DNA of 64,000 bases, from assembly GCA_963739305.1 (NCBI GenBank), contig CAVTZU010000020.1, forward strand, positions 1-64,000. The letters run 5' to 3'. Position numbers and translations under genes: made by a program. The notes below the pieces were generated by a model. The model was not told the DNA's origin, made no database searches, and saw only the letters and a program-made list of their open reading frames with translations. The stretch comes from Candidatus Bathyarchaeota archaeon (lineage in GTDB: Archaea > Thermoproteota > Bathyarchaeia > Bathyarchaeales > Bathycorpusculaceae). Positions 1 to 9,160 of this stretch are shown one piece after another. Each line of letters opens with the position of its first letter. Positions within the stretch are counted from its first letter, which is position 1.

Positions 1-48
1 TAGCTCCAGATCGATAGCGCGCCTTTTGTTATCCTGCCTTTTTTTGGT

Positions 49-126
49 GTTTGTCGTTAGCTTCAGAAATAGGAACATTAGATCTATTAGTGGTACTGAA
101 AAAGCATAAAGTCAAGGTGTGAGCGC
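49..126 (+). repeat. Degenerate ~78 bp intergenic repeat, family A copy 1
   Basis: Hand alignment to 2053-2129 gives about 59/78 identities with one gap; ends in GAGCGC next to the stop codon of the DUF1801 gene. Confidence 0.85.
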
Positions 127-495
127 TTATTTCTTCTTACCCAAGTTTTCCTTAGCTCTGTATCTTACAATTTTCTTTACCAAATCCAATGGGATAGGTT
201 TGTTTAGGGGAAATCTGATAGTGCCTTTGCCTACCTCATGGCCAGACAATTCCTCTTTGAATGCCTCAATAGCTGAGATCTTGGGATAAAACCCAACATG
301 ATTTTTGAAGGCTGCAAACCATACTAAGATGCCATTCAGTTTGAAAGCAGGCATTTGATAACTAATTAGTTCTTCAGCTTCAGGTGCAGATTCCTTGATC
401 GCTTGTCTCAGTTCTTCTAAAATACTTTGGACATTTTCGGGAAATATGGCAATATACTCATCTATTGTTTTGAATACTTTCCTAGGTGTTGCCAT
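127..495 (-). CDS. DUF1801 (YdhG-like) domain protein
   Basis: TIDEYIA..., ISYQMPAF, FAAFKNHVGFYP, KGTIRFP motifs; ATG at 495 preferred over the longer ORF. Confidence 0.85.
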   Translation of the reverse strand: MATPRKVFKTIDEYIAIFPENVQSILEELRQAIKESAPEAEELISYQMPAFKLNGILVWFAAFKNHVGFYPKISAIEAFKEELSGHEVGKGTIRFPLNKPIPLDLVKKIVRYRAKENLGKKK

Positions 496-614
496 AGTGC
501 TTCCCCGCAATTCGTATTTCCTGGGCAAAAAGGCTCAGAACCTAATAAGCGCTCCGCTTTGATGACTCAAATCACGCGTTTCCTTTTTCAGGGTATTGTT
601 TGCAGGATTGCCAT

Positions 615-674
615 CAGAATAGGGCATTAGAATTATTGTTCTACGTGAAAGAATGTACAGTTAAAACGCGCGCG
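615..674 (+). repeat. Family A repeat copy 2 (more diverged), ending in CGCGCGCG
   Basis: CAGAATAGGGCATTAGAATTATTG...TGAAAGAATGTACAGTTAAAACGCGCGCG aligns with 64-126. Confidence 0.6.
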
Positions 675-726
675 GGTCACAAGTTTATTAATATCAAATG
701 TCATCTCAAAAACTAAGGTGAACAAT

Positions 727-1173
727 ATGGGTGTAAAGGAAAACCTCCAGTTGATGAAAACACTTGATGACGCATGGAATGCCGGACCTAGGAGTCCGCT
801 TTGGGAGACGTTTAAGAAACGTCATAGAGAAGACGTCAAAGTTTACTGGCCCGCTCAACCTCTTCCTACAGTAGGACGACACAGCCACGACGTCGAGGCT
901 ACAGAGTTCTTCAAAACTTTCGACAACAAACTAGTCAACAACCCCTACAAGATCGCCTTCGGTGATGAAGACCACACATGTACCGTTGCTGATTGGACAG
1001 TGACTATGAAAGGACCCATGAAAGGCGCAGATGGAAAGATTATCCAACCCACTGGAAAAACGGCGAAGCTTGAATTCTGCACAGTCGCCACATGGAAAAA
1101 CGGCGAAATCGTCGAAGAAAGGCTATTTTATGATGTTGTCGGGTTTATGAAGCAACTTGGGCTATCCAAATAG
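727..1173 (+). CDS. Ester cyclase / SnoaL-like (NTF2-fold) protein
   Basis: PTGKT...FCTVATWKNGEIVEERLFYD is typical of the SnoaL-like family; TATA-like TTTATTAA at about 684. Confidence 0.8.
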   Translation: MGVKENLQLMKTLDDAWNAGPRSPLWETFKKRHREDVKVYWPAQPLPTVGRHSHDVEATEFFKTFDNKLVNNPYKIAFGDEDHTCTVADWTVTMKGPMKGADGKIIQPTGKTAKLEFCTVATWKNGEIVEERLFYDVVGFMKQLGLSK

Positions 1174-1197
1174 GTCAACCAACTCGCGCGCTTGAAG

Positions 1198-1935
1198 TCA
1201 GCTATGTTCAGGTAAAGACTCATGAGCAAAGCTGCGCGCGCGCTTGCAGTGTTTTGCGCGCTTGTCATATTCTTTGCTGAGCTTTTCGACAGGAAACGAG
1301 CTTCCATGTGAGGGAAGAATCGTCCTGCAACCGAAGTCAATGATTTTCTTCCAGCTTTTCAGCACTTGTTCTGGTTCCTCAGCGTATGGAAACATTGATT
1401 GGAATGGAAAGGAGCTGGCCAAGTCTCCTATGAATGCTTCACCACTTCGTAAAAGAACTGAAACTGAACCTTTGGTGTGACCAGGAGTAAAAAGGACTAC
1501 CCCATCGAACCCAAAATCATCTAGAAGAAGCTCTTTGGAAATCAGAATTTCGGGTTCAACAGGAGTAAAGCTGCGGTCGATTGAGCTGAGCTTGCGACTT
1601 ACGGAAGAAAATATCCTTCTGACAGAGTTTGTTGGTGGCGGCACAGCAATTTGCGCTTCCTTCAAGAGTGCAGCTTCGTTGATGTGGACTGCCACGGGGC
1701 ACTGACAGCTTTTCTTTATTAGAGCAAGTCCGCCGACGTGATCATAGTGAACATGGGTGATAATAATCAATTTGATTTCGCTGGGAGAAATACCTAACTT
1801 GCGCAGGCAATCGAAGAACATTTGCTCCTTGCCCTTACACCCAGCATCTACCAAAATACAACCTTTTTGACCTTTCAACAAATACGCTGTAGCGAGGCCC
1901 ATATGGATTCCGTAGTGTTCAGTCAAAGGAACCAC
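1198..1935 (-). CDS. MBL-fold metallo-hydrolase
   Basis: THVHYDHVGG, TPGHTKGS, FIGD and PSHG motifs. Confidence 0.9.
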   Translation of the reverse strand: MVPLTEHYGIHMGLATAYLLKGQKGCILVDAGCKGKEQMFFDCLRKLGISPSEIKLIIITHVHYDHVGGLALIKKSCQCPVAVHINEAALLKEAQIAVPPPTNSVRRIFSSVSRKLSSIDRSFTPVEPEILISKELLLDDFGFDGVVLFTPGHTKGSVSVLLRSGEAFIGDLASSFPFQSMFPYAEEPEQVLKSWKKIIDFGCRTILPSHGSSFPVEKLSKEYDKRAKHCKRARSFAHESLPEHS

Positions 1936-2052
1936 TCTGATACTCTAAGCTGTTCCGTTCCTTCTGAATATGTGCATGCGCATTAATAATCTCCAGCATA
2001 TGACAACAAACAATCGTAGGCGAAGTGCAGATTTCTGGAGTTTGGTTTCACA

Positions 2053-2129
2053 GTTTGTCGTTAGGCGGGAAAGTGGGACATTAAATTTATTAGTGATACT
2101 GAAAAGGCATTAAGGTTAAGTGCGAACGC
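2053..2129 (+). repeat. Family A repeat copy 3
   Basis: About 76% identical to 49-126 by hand alignment; ends TGCGAACGC. Confidence 0.85.
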
Positions 2130-2161
2130 AAATTCATATGGAAAAACAGAAAAAAGGGGTT

Positions 2162-2218
2162 GCGCGGGAGATATCTCCACTAGGCTGCGTAAATGGGAAT
2201 TTACGCTCTGATTTTCGG
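2162..2218 (+). repeat. 57 bp repeat family B copy 1, with internal palindromes
   Basis: 43/57 ungapped identity to 4341-4397; perfect palindrome GGAGATATCTCC and inverted repeat GCGTAAAT-n4-ATTTACGC. Confidence 0.85.
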
Positions 2219-2228
2219 AGTTCACACC

Positions 2229-2438
2229 TTATTTTCGCTTTCTGAATAACATTATTTCATCATGATTGCAGATGTATTCAAAACGTGCGATCTTCAAACC
2301 CAGCCTCGACAAACTTTTGGGCCTCGCTCATTGCACTGACTATTGCCGAATGATACTCGTCTGTCTCAAACTCTACAAGTTGCGTATAGATCAATGTGTT
2401 ACCGATATTCTTGTGCCCCAACAATCTCATGCGCGCGC
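2229..2438 (-). pseudogene. Tyrosine recombinase/integrase C-terminal remnant
   Basis: RLLGHKNIGNTLIYT (catalytic H and Y box), then DEYHSA...EAGFE/YICNHDEIMLFRKRK*; 5' end truncated at GCGCGCGC 2431-2438; a 16-nt insertion near 2277-2298 shifts the frame. Confidence 0.85.
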
Positions 2439-2493
2439 AGACTGTCGAGTTGCAGCGGAAAGGTGTTTTATAGTGAATAGACACTGTTAGAAC

Positions 2494-2904
2494 TTGGTCC
2501 TTATGCAGCGTCCTAAATGGCTGAGTGGATGGGGAAAGGGGAAGAACCTTTTTGAAGGGTCGCTGATAATAGACATTCCAGACATTAAGGTTGTCGAAGC
2601 TAGCTTCAATAACAAACTGGTTCTTTTTGCTGTCGGGACATTACCGCGGCGTGAAACAGTCGTTTCCGGCGAGAGAAGTGCCGCAGCCATTGAAGAGAAA
2701 CACAAAACCGACTTGGAATGGAGGATATTCTATGATTCAACCGCTCTCCCCGATTTCATACCTATTGACAAAGCTAGAGATTTCATGGCTGGAACCGTTG
2801 CAGTGTCATCTGGAAGCGCGTCTGTTTACAATACAGGCACAGTTTACATCGCAAGCGGCAACAGACCTTCCAAGGGGAACGCTCCCCATCCTTCTGGATT
2901 ATGA
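2494..2904 (+). CDS. Hypothetical protein, possibly a fragment
   Basis: 136 aa ORF, no recognisable motif. Confidence 0.4.
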   Translation: MVLMQRPKWLSGWGKGKNLFEGSLIIDIPDIKVVEASFNNKLVLFAVGTLPRRETVVSGERSAAAIEEKHKTDLEWRIFYDSTALPDFIPIDKARDFMAGTVAVSSGSASVYNTGTVYIASGNRPSKGNAPHPSGL

Positions 2905-3029
2905 AATGGCAAAGAAGATAGAGGAAGCGAGAAAGAAAAATAGGTTGAACTTAATGCGTGCGCTTCAGCCTAATCAGAGCTAGTATGACTGGAAAAATTA
3001 TGGCAACAATCATGCCTAGAACATCCAAA

Positions 3030-3773
3030 TCAGTCGAAGAAGTTGACTGAGACGGTGTAGGAGTCTTCAGCAACGAATTGCAAAGAATTTATTGGATACG
3101 CGGTCCATCCGCCGTCTTCGAAGTCCGGCGGGGTCCAACCCAGAGGATTGGAGCTGCCTGTAGCTTCAACCCATATCCAACCAGTGCCTCTGCCGTCATT
3201 AATATCCCAATAGTCATTTGCGTTCGAGAACTCTGGAAGCCAAATTAATAGAGCACAATGGTCAGTTGCATCAATGACGGCAGCGTCAAAACCTGCACCC
3301 ACATAGATTGTGCCACACAGGAAGGCCATGTCTTCACAGTCTCCGATGGCTTTGACGCCTGTAGTTTCGTTGAAAGCGTGTGCAAATTCGTCAGCGTTCT
3401 GCGCCCACTCGTCTTGGGCGACACCATTTCTGATGAAGTTGTCGCTGTCGTAGCCGTATTCTGTCCATGTTTGAACGTACTTTAGGATGGCAACTGCCCT
3501 ATCGGTCTTACTTGGATAGTTGTTTTGGAACCATTCGCCGATGCTATAAGCCAGTTCCTTGTTATCGCCGAGCGTTTCAGACGCAAGGTTGGGTAAGTAC
3601 CCGGGAAGATCTCCGTTAGTTCCTGCGTTATTCCTGTCTATTCCCCAGTTGTCATACCAGTCACCATTTTGCTGACTGAAGCTTGAAGCTGGAAACCCGC
3701 TGGCTGTTTTGATCAGAGCAACAGCTGACGTGCAGAGAAGCAAGAATAGGATGAGGTATCGCATGTGAGTCAT
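3030..3773 (-). CDS. Secreted transglutaminase-like (papain-fold) protein
   Basis: Signal peptide; GDCEDMA catalytic Cys motif, HCALLI, WIWVEAT. Confidence 0.75.
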   Translation of the reverse strand: MTHMRYLILFLLLCTSAVALIKTASGFPASSFSQQNGDWYDNWGIDRNNAGTNGDLPGYLPNLASETLGDNKELAYSIGEWFQNNYPSKTDRAVAILKYVQTWTEYGYDSDNFIRNGVAQDEWAQNADEFAHAFNETTGVKAIGDCEDMAFLCGTIYVGAGFDAAVIDATDHCALLIWLPEFSNANDYWDINDGRGTGWIWVEATGSSNPLGWTPPDFEDGGWTAYPINSLQFVAEDSYTVSVNFFD

Positions 3774-3789
3774 TTGTTGTCCTCGGCTA

Positions 3790-4269
3790 TCATATTGGGA
3801 TGGTTAGGCTTGCAAACATTATGAGCCCCAAGAAGATTTCGTAACAGAGCAGGAAGACTCCAACAGCCATGGGATGTTTGTTGATGTCGTCTAGTTCAAT
3901 GCCGAATAGCCTGAGTTTGGTAAAGACTAGGCAGAACAAACCGCCGAAGAACAGACTCACGAAGAAGCTGAGGACAACAACGAGAAGCCTCTGCAGGTTG
4001 AAGTAGGCGCCAACACTCACTGACTGCGAAAGGAAGAAGGGGTTAACCATCGAACCGTAAACAACCAAGCCAGCATAAACAAAAAAACCGCCCACAAAAA
4101 GGCTAGTTGCCAGAGAATTACCCTTGATGCTTTCGAACTCTTTAATCTTCGGCGTCAAAAGCGTGATGCTCCTAATTCCAATGTACCCAATCAGCAAACA
4201 AATCAGGCTTGAAACGAAAGCACGGACAAACCACAAGATCAATGATAATAGGAACTCTGAACCAGCCAA
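3790..4269 (-). CDS. DUF350-like 4-TM membrane protein
   Basis: Duplicated TM-(E..IK.N.A.)-TM pattern. Confidence 0.6.
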   Translation of the reverse strand: MAGSEFLLSLILWFVRAFVSSLICLLIGYIGIRSITLLTPKIKEFESIKGNSLATSLFVGGFFVYAGLVVYGSMVNPFFLSQSVSVGAYFNLQRLLVVVLSFFVSLFFGGLFCLVFTKLRLFGIELDDINKHPMAVGVFLLCYEIFLGLIMFASLTIPI

Positions 4270-4340
4270 CTCTATCTCCCAATCAAAGGATACTGTGGAG
4301 CAGCAAATATAACTCTTTCAAAGCGGGCGAGTCTTAGCGC

Positions 4341-4397
4341 GCGCGGAAGATATCTCCAATCAATGCCTTAAATGGAAATTTGCACTTTGATTTGCGG
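4341..4397 (+). repeat. 57 bp repeat family B copy 2
   Basis: 43/57 identity to 2162-2218; starts within the GCGCGCGCG run at 4337-4345; 7 bp beyond the peroxiredoxin stop. Confidence 0.85.
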
Positions 4398-4404
4398 CCG
4401 ATTA

Positions 4405-4885
4405 TCAGGTCATTTGTTCGAGAAATTTCGCGATCTCGGTGTAGCTGGGTTCCACTCTTGGATCTTCCGAAATCCATGCATACCTTACCATGCCTTGCTT
4501 GTCCAGGATGAAGATTGAGCGTTTCGCGGCTGTGTAGCCTGGTAGTCCTCCGAAGTTTTGTAATTCTATGCCGTAGAGTTTTGTGACTTCGCGGTTGTAA
4601 TCGCACAGGAGAGGAAAGTTCAGCATGTTTTTCTCAGCGAATGCTTTGCTTGACCAGGGGTCGTTGACACTAACTCCAACGACTTTAGCTTTGAGAGCGC
4701 CGAGGTTTGCAAGCGAGTCCCTGAACGTGCACATCTCTTTTGTGCAAACGGAGGTGAACGCGCCTGGGAAGAATGCGAGCACGAGGTTGTCGCCTTGGAA
4801 GTCTCTGAGGCTTCTTGATTTGAACTCGTTGTCAACAAGTTTGAAATCTGGGGCTTTCTGCCCAACCTGTACAGTTGGATGTCAT
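4405..4885 (-). CDS. Peroxiredoxin (AhpC/TSA, BCP-like); apparent frameshift just after ATG
   Basis: VQVGQKAPDFKL...FFPGAFTSVCTKEMC; the ATG at 4885 is one base out of frame with the body. Confidence 0.85.
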
Positions 4886-5133
4886 CTTTAATCAACCCTT
4901 GACCTTCGCTTTTCATCTAAATCTCATAAATATATGTGTGTTGTCCTTTCTAGCGGACCGTGACAAATTTCGAGCCAAGACGTCGTGGCAACCACCTTTC
5001 CGACCTTTCGTGGCTGCAGCAGTCTGCTTAGAACATGGTTCTTTTCTGCAATCCGCGAAAGCCAGTTTTCCGAATTCAATCAGAAGCATAAGTCTTATCA
5101 CGGAGAAAGAAGCTGATTCTGTGGAGACGAACG

Positions 5134-5592
5134 TTGAACAGGACAATGTTGATTCTTGTGGGAATTGGCTTGGCAGCAATCATCATTGTCGGTGTTGTCG
5201 CAGGATTTTATCTAACTCAGAATAACAAACCGACAACGACTTTTGACGCTTTGCCGATAGCGACGCCGCAGTGGGATGTTAACCTGGAGAAGCCGGCCGC
5301 TTTCATAAATCTATCAATAAAAAACAATGGAGACATAAATCAGACAAATGTCGTGGTCAAATTGACAGGCGGGTTCTCCAATTCATCAAGCCAAGTGCCC
5401 GCTCAGCTGTATTGGATCGTAACCAAGAACGTAAGCATGATCAAGCCAGGTGAGATATTTACGATCTCAAGGATTTTCGATTTTGGATGGTACTTCTTCT
5501 ACCGAGTTGAAGTTTCCAGCTCGACAGTGACGAAGGAGACATTTGATCAATGGGTGGAGTGGCGATCATGGACAGTGCCACAACCCACTTGA
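5134..5592 (+). CDS. Membrane-anchored hypothetical protein
   Basis: N-terminal TM helix followed by a beta-rich domain. Confidence 0.7.
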   Translation: MNRTMLILVGIGLAAIIIVGVVAGFYLTQNNKPTTTFDALPIATPQWDVNLEKPAAFINLSIKNNGDINQTNVVVKLTGGFSNSSSQVPAQLYWIVTKNVSMIKPGEIFTISRIFDFGWYFFYRVEVSSSTVTKETFDQWVEWRSWTVPQPT

Positions 5593-5697
5593 CAGGTCAC
5601 CGGAGGCTATCTTAGATCTAGAGAATCATTGATTGTAAAACGGAAATTGTTGTTGAATCGCTAAGAGTTATTATTTGCTTTGCTATTGTTGATCTCT

Positions 5698-6327
5698 ATG
5701 GGAATTCTGGATTTCGTCGTGACGATTATTCTCGTCACCGTGTCAGGTGCTTTGGCTCCTGGTCCTTTGTTTTTTGCAAACATTTCGAAGGGAGTTGAGC
5801 TCGGAGCGAGAAGCGGCCTTGTCTTTGCTGTCGCGCACACGATGGTTGAGTTCGGCCTAGTCATGCTGTTGAGCTTAGGGCTTTTCGTGATCAACAGCGA
5901 GCTAGTCCGGACAGTAATTGGCGTCGCAGGAGGCATTGTTCTGATCGGTTTTGGTGTGACCCAAGTCTACGGTTCACTTAAGCCTAGGCCCCAAAGAGTT
6001 GAGGAAAGAGGTAAGGCGAGTTCACGTCGGTTGCTGCTGTTGGGGTTGGCTCTGACCGGTTTGAACCCGTTCTTCATCATCTGGTGGCTTACCGCAGGAG
6101 CGCAGCTCATCGTTATTGCGTTGGAGTTTGCTTCGTTTGCAGGAGTCTTGCTCATGTATGTCTGCCATGTTTGGATGGATTATGTTTGGCTAGCAGGTAC
6201 CGCATATCTTGCCAAGACAGGGATGAAAGTTGCTGGTTTGAAGTGGTACAGAGTATTGACGGCTGTGTTCGGCGTAGTCTTGGTCTACTTCGGGCTGAGT
6301 TTCTTGATCAATTCAATCGTGTTATGA
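5698..6327 (+). CDS. LysE family translocator
   Basis: SGALAPGPL and LNPFFIIWW motifs, about 6 TM helices. Confidence 0.85.
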   Translation: MGILDFVVTIILVTVSGALAPGPLFFANISKGVELGARSGLVFAVAHTMVEFGLVMLLSLGLFVINSELVRTVIGVAGGIVLIGFGVTQVYGSLKPRPQRVEERGKASSRRLLLLGLALTGLNPFFIIWWLTAGAQLIVIALEFASFAGVLLMYVCHVWMDYVWLAGTAYLAKTGMKVAGLKWYRVLTAVFGVVLVYFGLSFLINSIVL

Positions 6328-6344
6328 AGCGCTGTTGATCGCGC

Positions 6345-6674
6345 TTATTTCTCAAGTTCGAGCCCTGCGTGTTGCCACCAGCGTTTCCCACCCTTGAAAT
6401 CCAGCGCGCGACTGTAGCCCAAGTCCAGAAGCTTTCTGGCAGCTTTTGTGCTGGCGTGGCATGTGTAACTGGCACAGTAGACGATGATGGTGTCGGTTTT
6501 TTTCAGTTTCTGTTTGGCGAGCTTTTCCAGTTCTTCCAGCGGGATGTTGATTGCTCCGGGAATGTGTCCCTTGTCGTATTCTTCCTTTGCCAAGACTTCT
6601 ACAAGCTTGAATTCTTCTTTGTTTTCGAGCATCTCAAGAAGGGTTTCCATGGTGATGAACTTTAGCTTCGGCAT
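6345..6674 (-). CDS. Rhodanese-like domain protein
   Basis: GHIPGAINIP, IIVYCASYTC, FKGGKRWW. Confidence 0.9.
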   Translation of the reverse strand: MPKLKFITMETLLEMLENKEEFKLVEVLAKEEYDKGHIPGAINIPLEELEKLAKQKLKKTDTIIVYCASYTCHASTKAARKLLDLGYSRALDFKGGKRWWQHAGLELEK

Positions 6675-7002
6675 ATGAAAAACACCGCTTTATGAGTGAT
6701 TCGGGGTTGGTTCTTAATAGAATTTACTTAGTTCAGTGCCCTGTTGGATTACGATTACACATGATTAAAATTATCGTAAACGAACTGCCCACTGGCGCGC
6801 GCTAAGGTGGCGTACCGCATTTCTTTTGGCAATCTGCACCTGTTTTCAATGCTTTGAGTCGGGCACCTTGAGCTTTTGTCCACGAAGTCTTACAAAAGAG
6901 CGCGCATCGGAAGCGTTACGAATGTACAGCTGGGCTATTGATTCTTGATTCATAATTCTTTAGAATGTAAAGCTCGAAACATGAGGAATTGGTTGAATAA
7001 AG

Positions 7003-7263
7003 TTGACCGCCAGGAAAACCCGAGATTCAAGTTTGACCCTCAGCGTTCCTCTAGATTTAGCTCGGGAAATATTTAGCGAGAGCGGAGACCTGCCAACCGC
7101 AAGGTTCCCGGCCATGATTATTCTCGCCGAAACTATCGGAAAAGCATTGCCTGCATCACACGAAGACGCCAAGAAGAGACCGAAACCCACCATTATCACC
7201 AGAACGAGAAAACCAAAAACTACCCACAGAAAACCCTTCGATCTCCCCATCCTCACTAGGTAA
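7003..7263 (+). CDS. Hypothetical protein (strand uncertain)
   Basis: 86 aa ORF between CG-run sites; competing antisense ORF at 6960-7256. Confidence 0.3.
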   Translation: MTARKTRDSSLTLSVPLDLAREIFSESGDLPTARFPAMIILAETIGKALPASHEDAKKRPKPTIITRTRKPKTTHRKPFDLPILTR

Positions 7264-7295
7264 AAGAAAGCCCCTTAGCGCGCGTGCAGGCAACG

Positions 7296-7820
7296 TCAAG
7301 ATCCGAGTTCTCCGGTGGCCAGGATATGTTTGGCGATCGTAGACATGCTCAACGGCCTCAATAGGTTCTTGCCCTTAAGGTCTACTAGAAAACTCTCAAA
7401 TTCGTTTATATCCGAATAAGGGACCTCTCTGGCAGACCTCTGCGTTTGCCAGTAATCTGCATAGTTCTTGAAGAAAGTGACGAACGCAAAGTCTTTTTCG
7501 AGTCCTATTCCCTTCACAGCAACGAGTTCAGCGTGATGGCGTTCTTTTGCGAATTTGTCCACGAATTTCTGGACTTCTTCTAGCTCTTCACCACTCAAGT
7601 TCTCCTTCATTTTCACAAAAGTGAAACCCATGAGCTCGTATCCAAGCTTGCTGAAATCAGGTATTACAGTGTATTCCTTGATGTATCCTTCTTCCTCAAG
7701 CCTATGAATAGCCCTAGTAACCGTAGGCTGCGAAACGCCGAGCACTTTGGCCAGCTCCCTGTCACTTCGGCGACAATTCTTCATCAACTCGGAGAGCAAA
7801 CGCCTTTCTAAATCCTTCAT
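7296..7820 (-). CDS. Lrp/AsnC family transcriptional regulator
   Basis: RRSDRELAKVLGVSQPTV...LEEEGYIKEYTVIPDFSKLGY. Confidence 0.9.
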   Translation of the reverse strand: MKDLERRLLSELMKNCRRSDRELAKVLGVSQPTVTRAIHRLEEEGYIKEYTVIPDFSKLGYELMGFTFVKMKENLSGEELEEVQKFVDKFAKERHHAELVAVKGIGLEKDFAFVTFFKNYADYWQTQRSAREVPYSDINEFESFLVDLKGKNLLRPLSMSTIAKHILATGELGS

Positions 7821-7954
7821 GAAAACACAACCTCATTCTACTACAAGCTATTATTAGGTGGAACTTCGCTCTTAACTTTTTTCAAAGAACGAAATCGCGC
7901 TGATCGATCAGAGGATGGAAGAGTCAAAAACCGAGTTTGATACATCTGCGCACG

Positions 7955-9025
7955 CTACATGTGCTGACCGGGTTCATAGTCTGCCTTAATGCGGATTCCG
8001 CCGGTCGTCGTTGACAGTGTCACGATAAAATTGCTGGGCGCTGGATAGTTATCCGACTGCAACTGTGACTGCGAACCTGAGAAACGCGTCAGATTCGTGC
8101 TCACTCCGCCAATAGTAGTGCTCGAATTGACCTCCATTCCAACGCTGTCATGAACAGTCGTCGAAAAATCGACGCCGCCTGTGACAGTTCCGGCGTTCAA
8201 AGTCACGTTGCCAGCCATCATGCTGTCCTGTGTGACGTTAACGCCAACGCCTCCTGTTGTCGTCCTGACACTAACTGAAACGTTTCCCTTCACCTTCACG
8301 TTATCCCAATTTAAGCTGGAACCTCCCGTCGTCGATTGAATCACAACCGCGCCGTTGAGGACTACTCCCGAACCAATTGTTGCTTCAGCCTTCCCTGTCG
8401 TCGCTTCTAGATCCAAAGAGTCAAACACCACATCGTGCGAAGCGACTAATGCAACACTTCCCGCAGTGGTTTTCACGTTAAGGGTCACGTTCAAGGATCT
8501 CTCAATCTGAACGTCACAGACAACTTTCAAGCCGCCGAAGAGAGGCCACCACGTACCGTTCCTGGCAATCCTCGCATCCACGAGAATCGCATGACCCGTA
8601 CGCAAAGAATCGACCGTGACGTTCAACGGTTCTGACGGAGCAAACCCGCCGACACCACCTGTCGCGGAAACGTTCAAAGTCATCACGCTCCCATTCAAGT
8701 CACCAAACGTAATGTTAAACGCGGCAACGTCGGCAGTCAAATTCAAGCTTACGGCATTGACTCCTGATTGAGAAGACACCTGCTCAAACCTCGTGAAATT
8801 GACTGGCTGAACTGGCAACAGAAAGAAAACACTGGCAATCACACCGACGATCAGTATTGATCCCAACACAAGGGCCAAGGTGTGAATAGGCCTCCAACCC
8901 CTCCTTGCACCAGGCCTTGAAGGCACACCAGCGGGGACTGATGGCGTTCGAACGGGCGTCCCACACACGTGACAATACTCAGCGTTTTCCTCCAGCTTTG
9001 CGCCGCACTTCCAACAATATGGCAT
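7955..9025 (-). CDS. Zinc-ribbon + TM + DUF4097-like beta-repeat surface protein
   Basis: CWKCG...CHVCG, one TM helix, repeated TTTGG-type beta units. Confidence 0.75.
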   Translation of the reverse strand: MPYCWKCGAKLEENAEYCHVCGTPVRTPSVPAGVPSRPGARRGWRPIHTLALVLGSILIVGVIASVFFLLPVQPVNFTRFEQVSSQSGVNAVSLNLTADVAAFNITFGDLNGSVMTLNVSATGGVGGFAPSEPLNVTVDSLRTGHAILVDARIARNGTWWPLFGGLKVVCDVQIERSLNVTLNVKTTAGSVALVASHDVVFDSLDLEATTGKAEATIGSGVVLNGAVVIQSTTGGSSLNWDNVKVKGNVSVSVRTTTGGVGVNVTQDSMMAGNVTLNAGTVTGGVDFSTTVHDSVGMEVNSSTTIGGVSTNLTRFSGSQSQLQSDNYPAPSNFIVTLSTTTGGIRIKADYEPGQHM

Positions 9026-9160
9026 TGGCTGACCCTCAATTCTTCTGCTTTGGCGGTAGAATATATAGCAGTTTCTCATCTGCCAGGATGCCTCGTTCGA
9101 CAGACAAAGCCTAAGGGTGATTTATATGATTCATGAGCATTTTACGTTTGATAGTGCCAG

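Noticed and set aside
49-2438. Classical integron (IntI + attC); family A copies contain GTTAGCT and GTTAGGC
   Set aside because: No paired RYYYAAC...GTTRRRY inverted structure was found, gene orientations are mixed, and the integrase remnant shows no IntI-specific features
6404-6410. 7-nt CG run inside the rhodanese gene as a recombination site
   Set aside because: It lies within a continuous conserved domain and is compatible with chance
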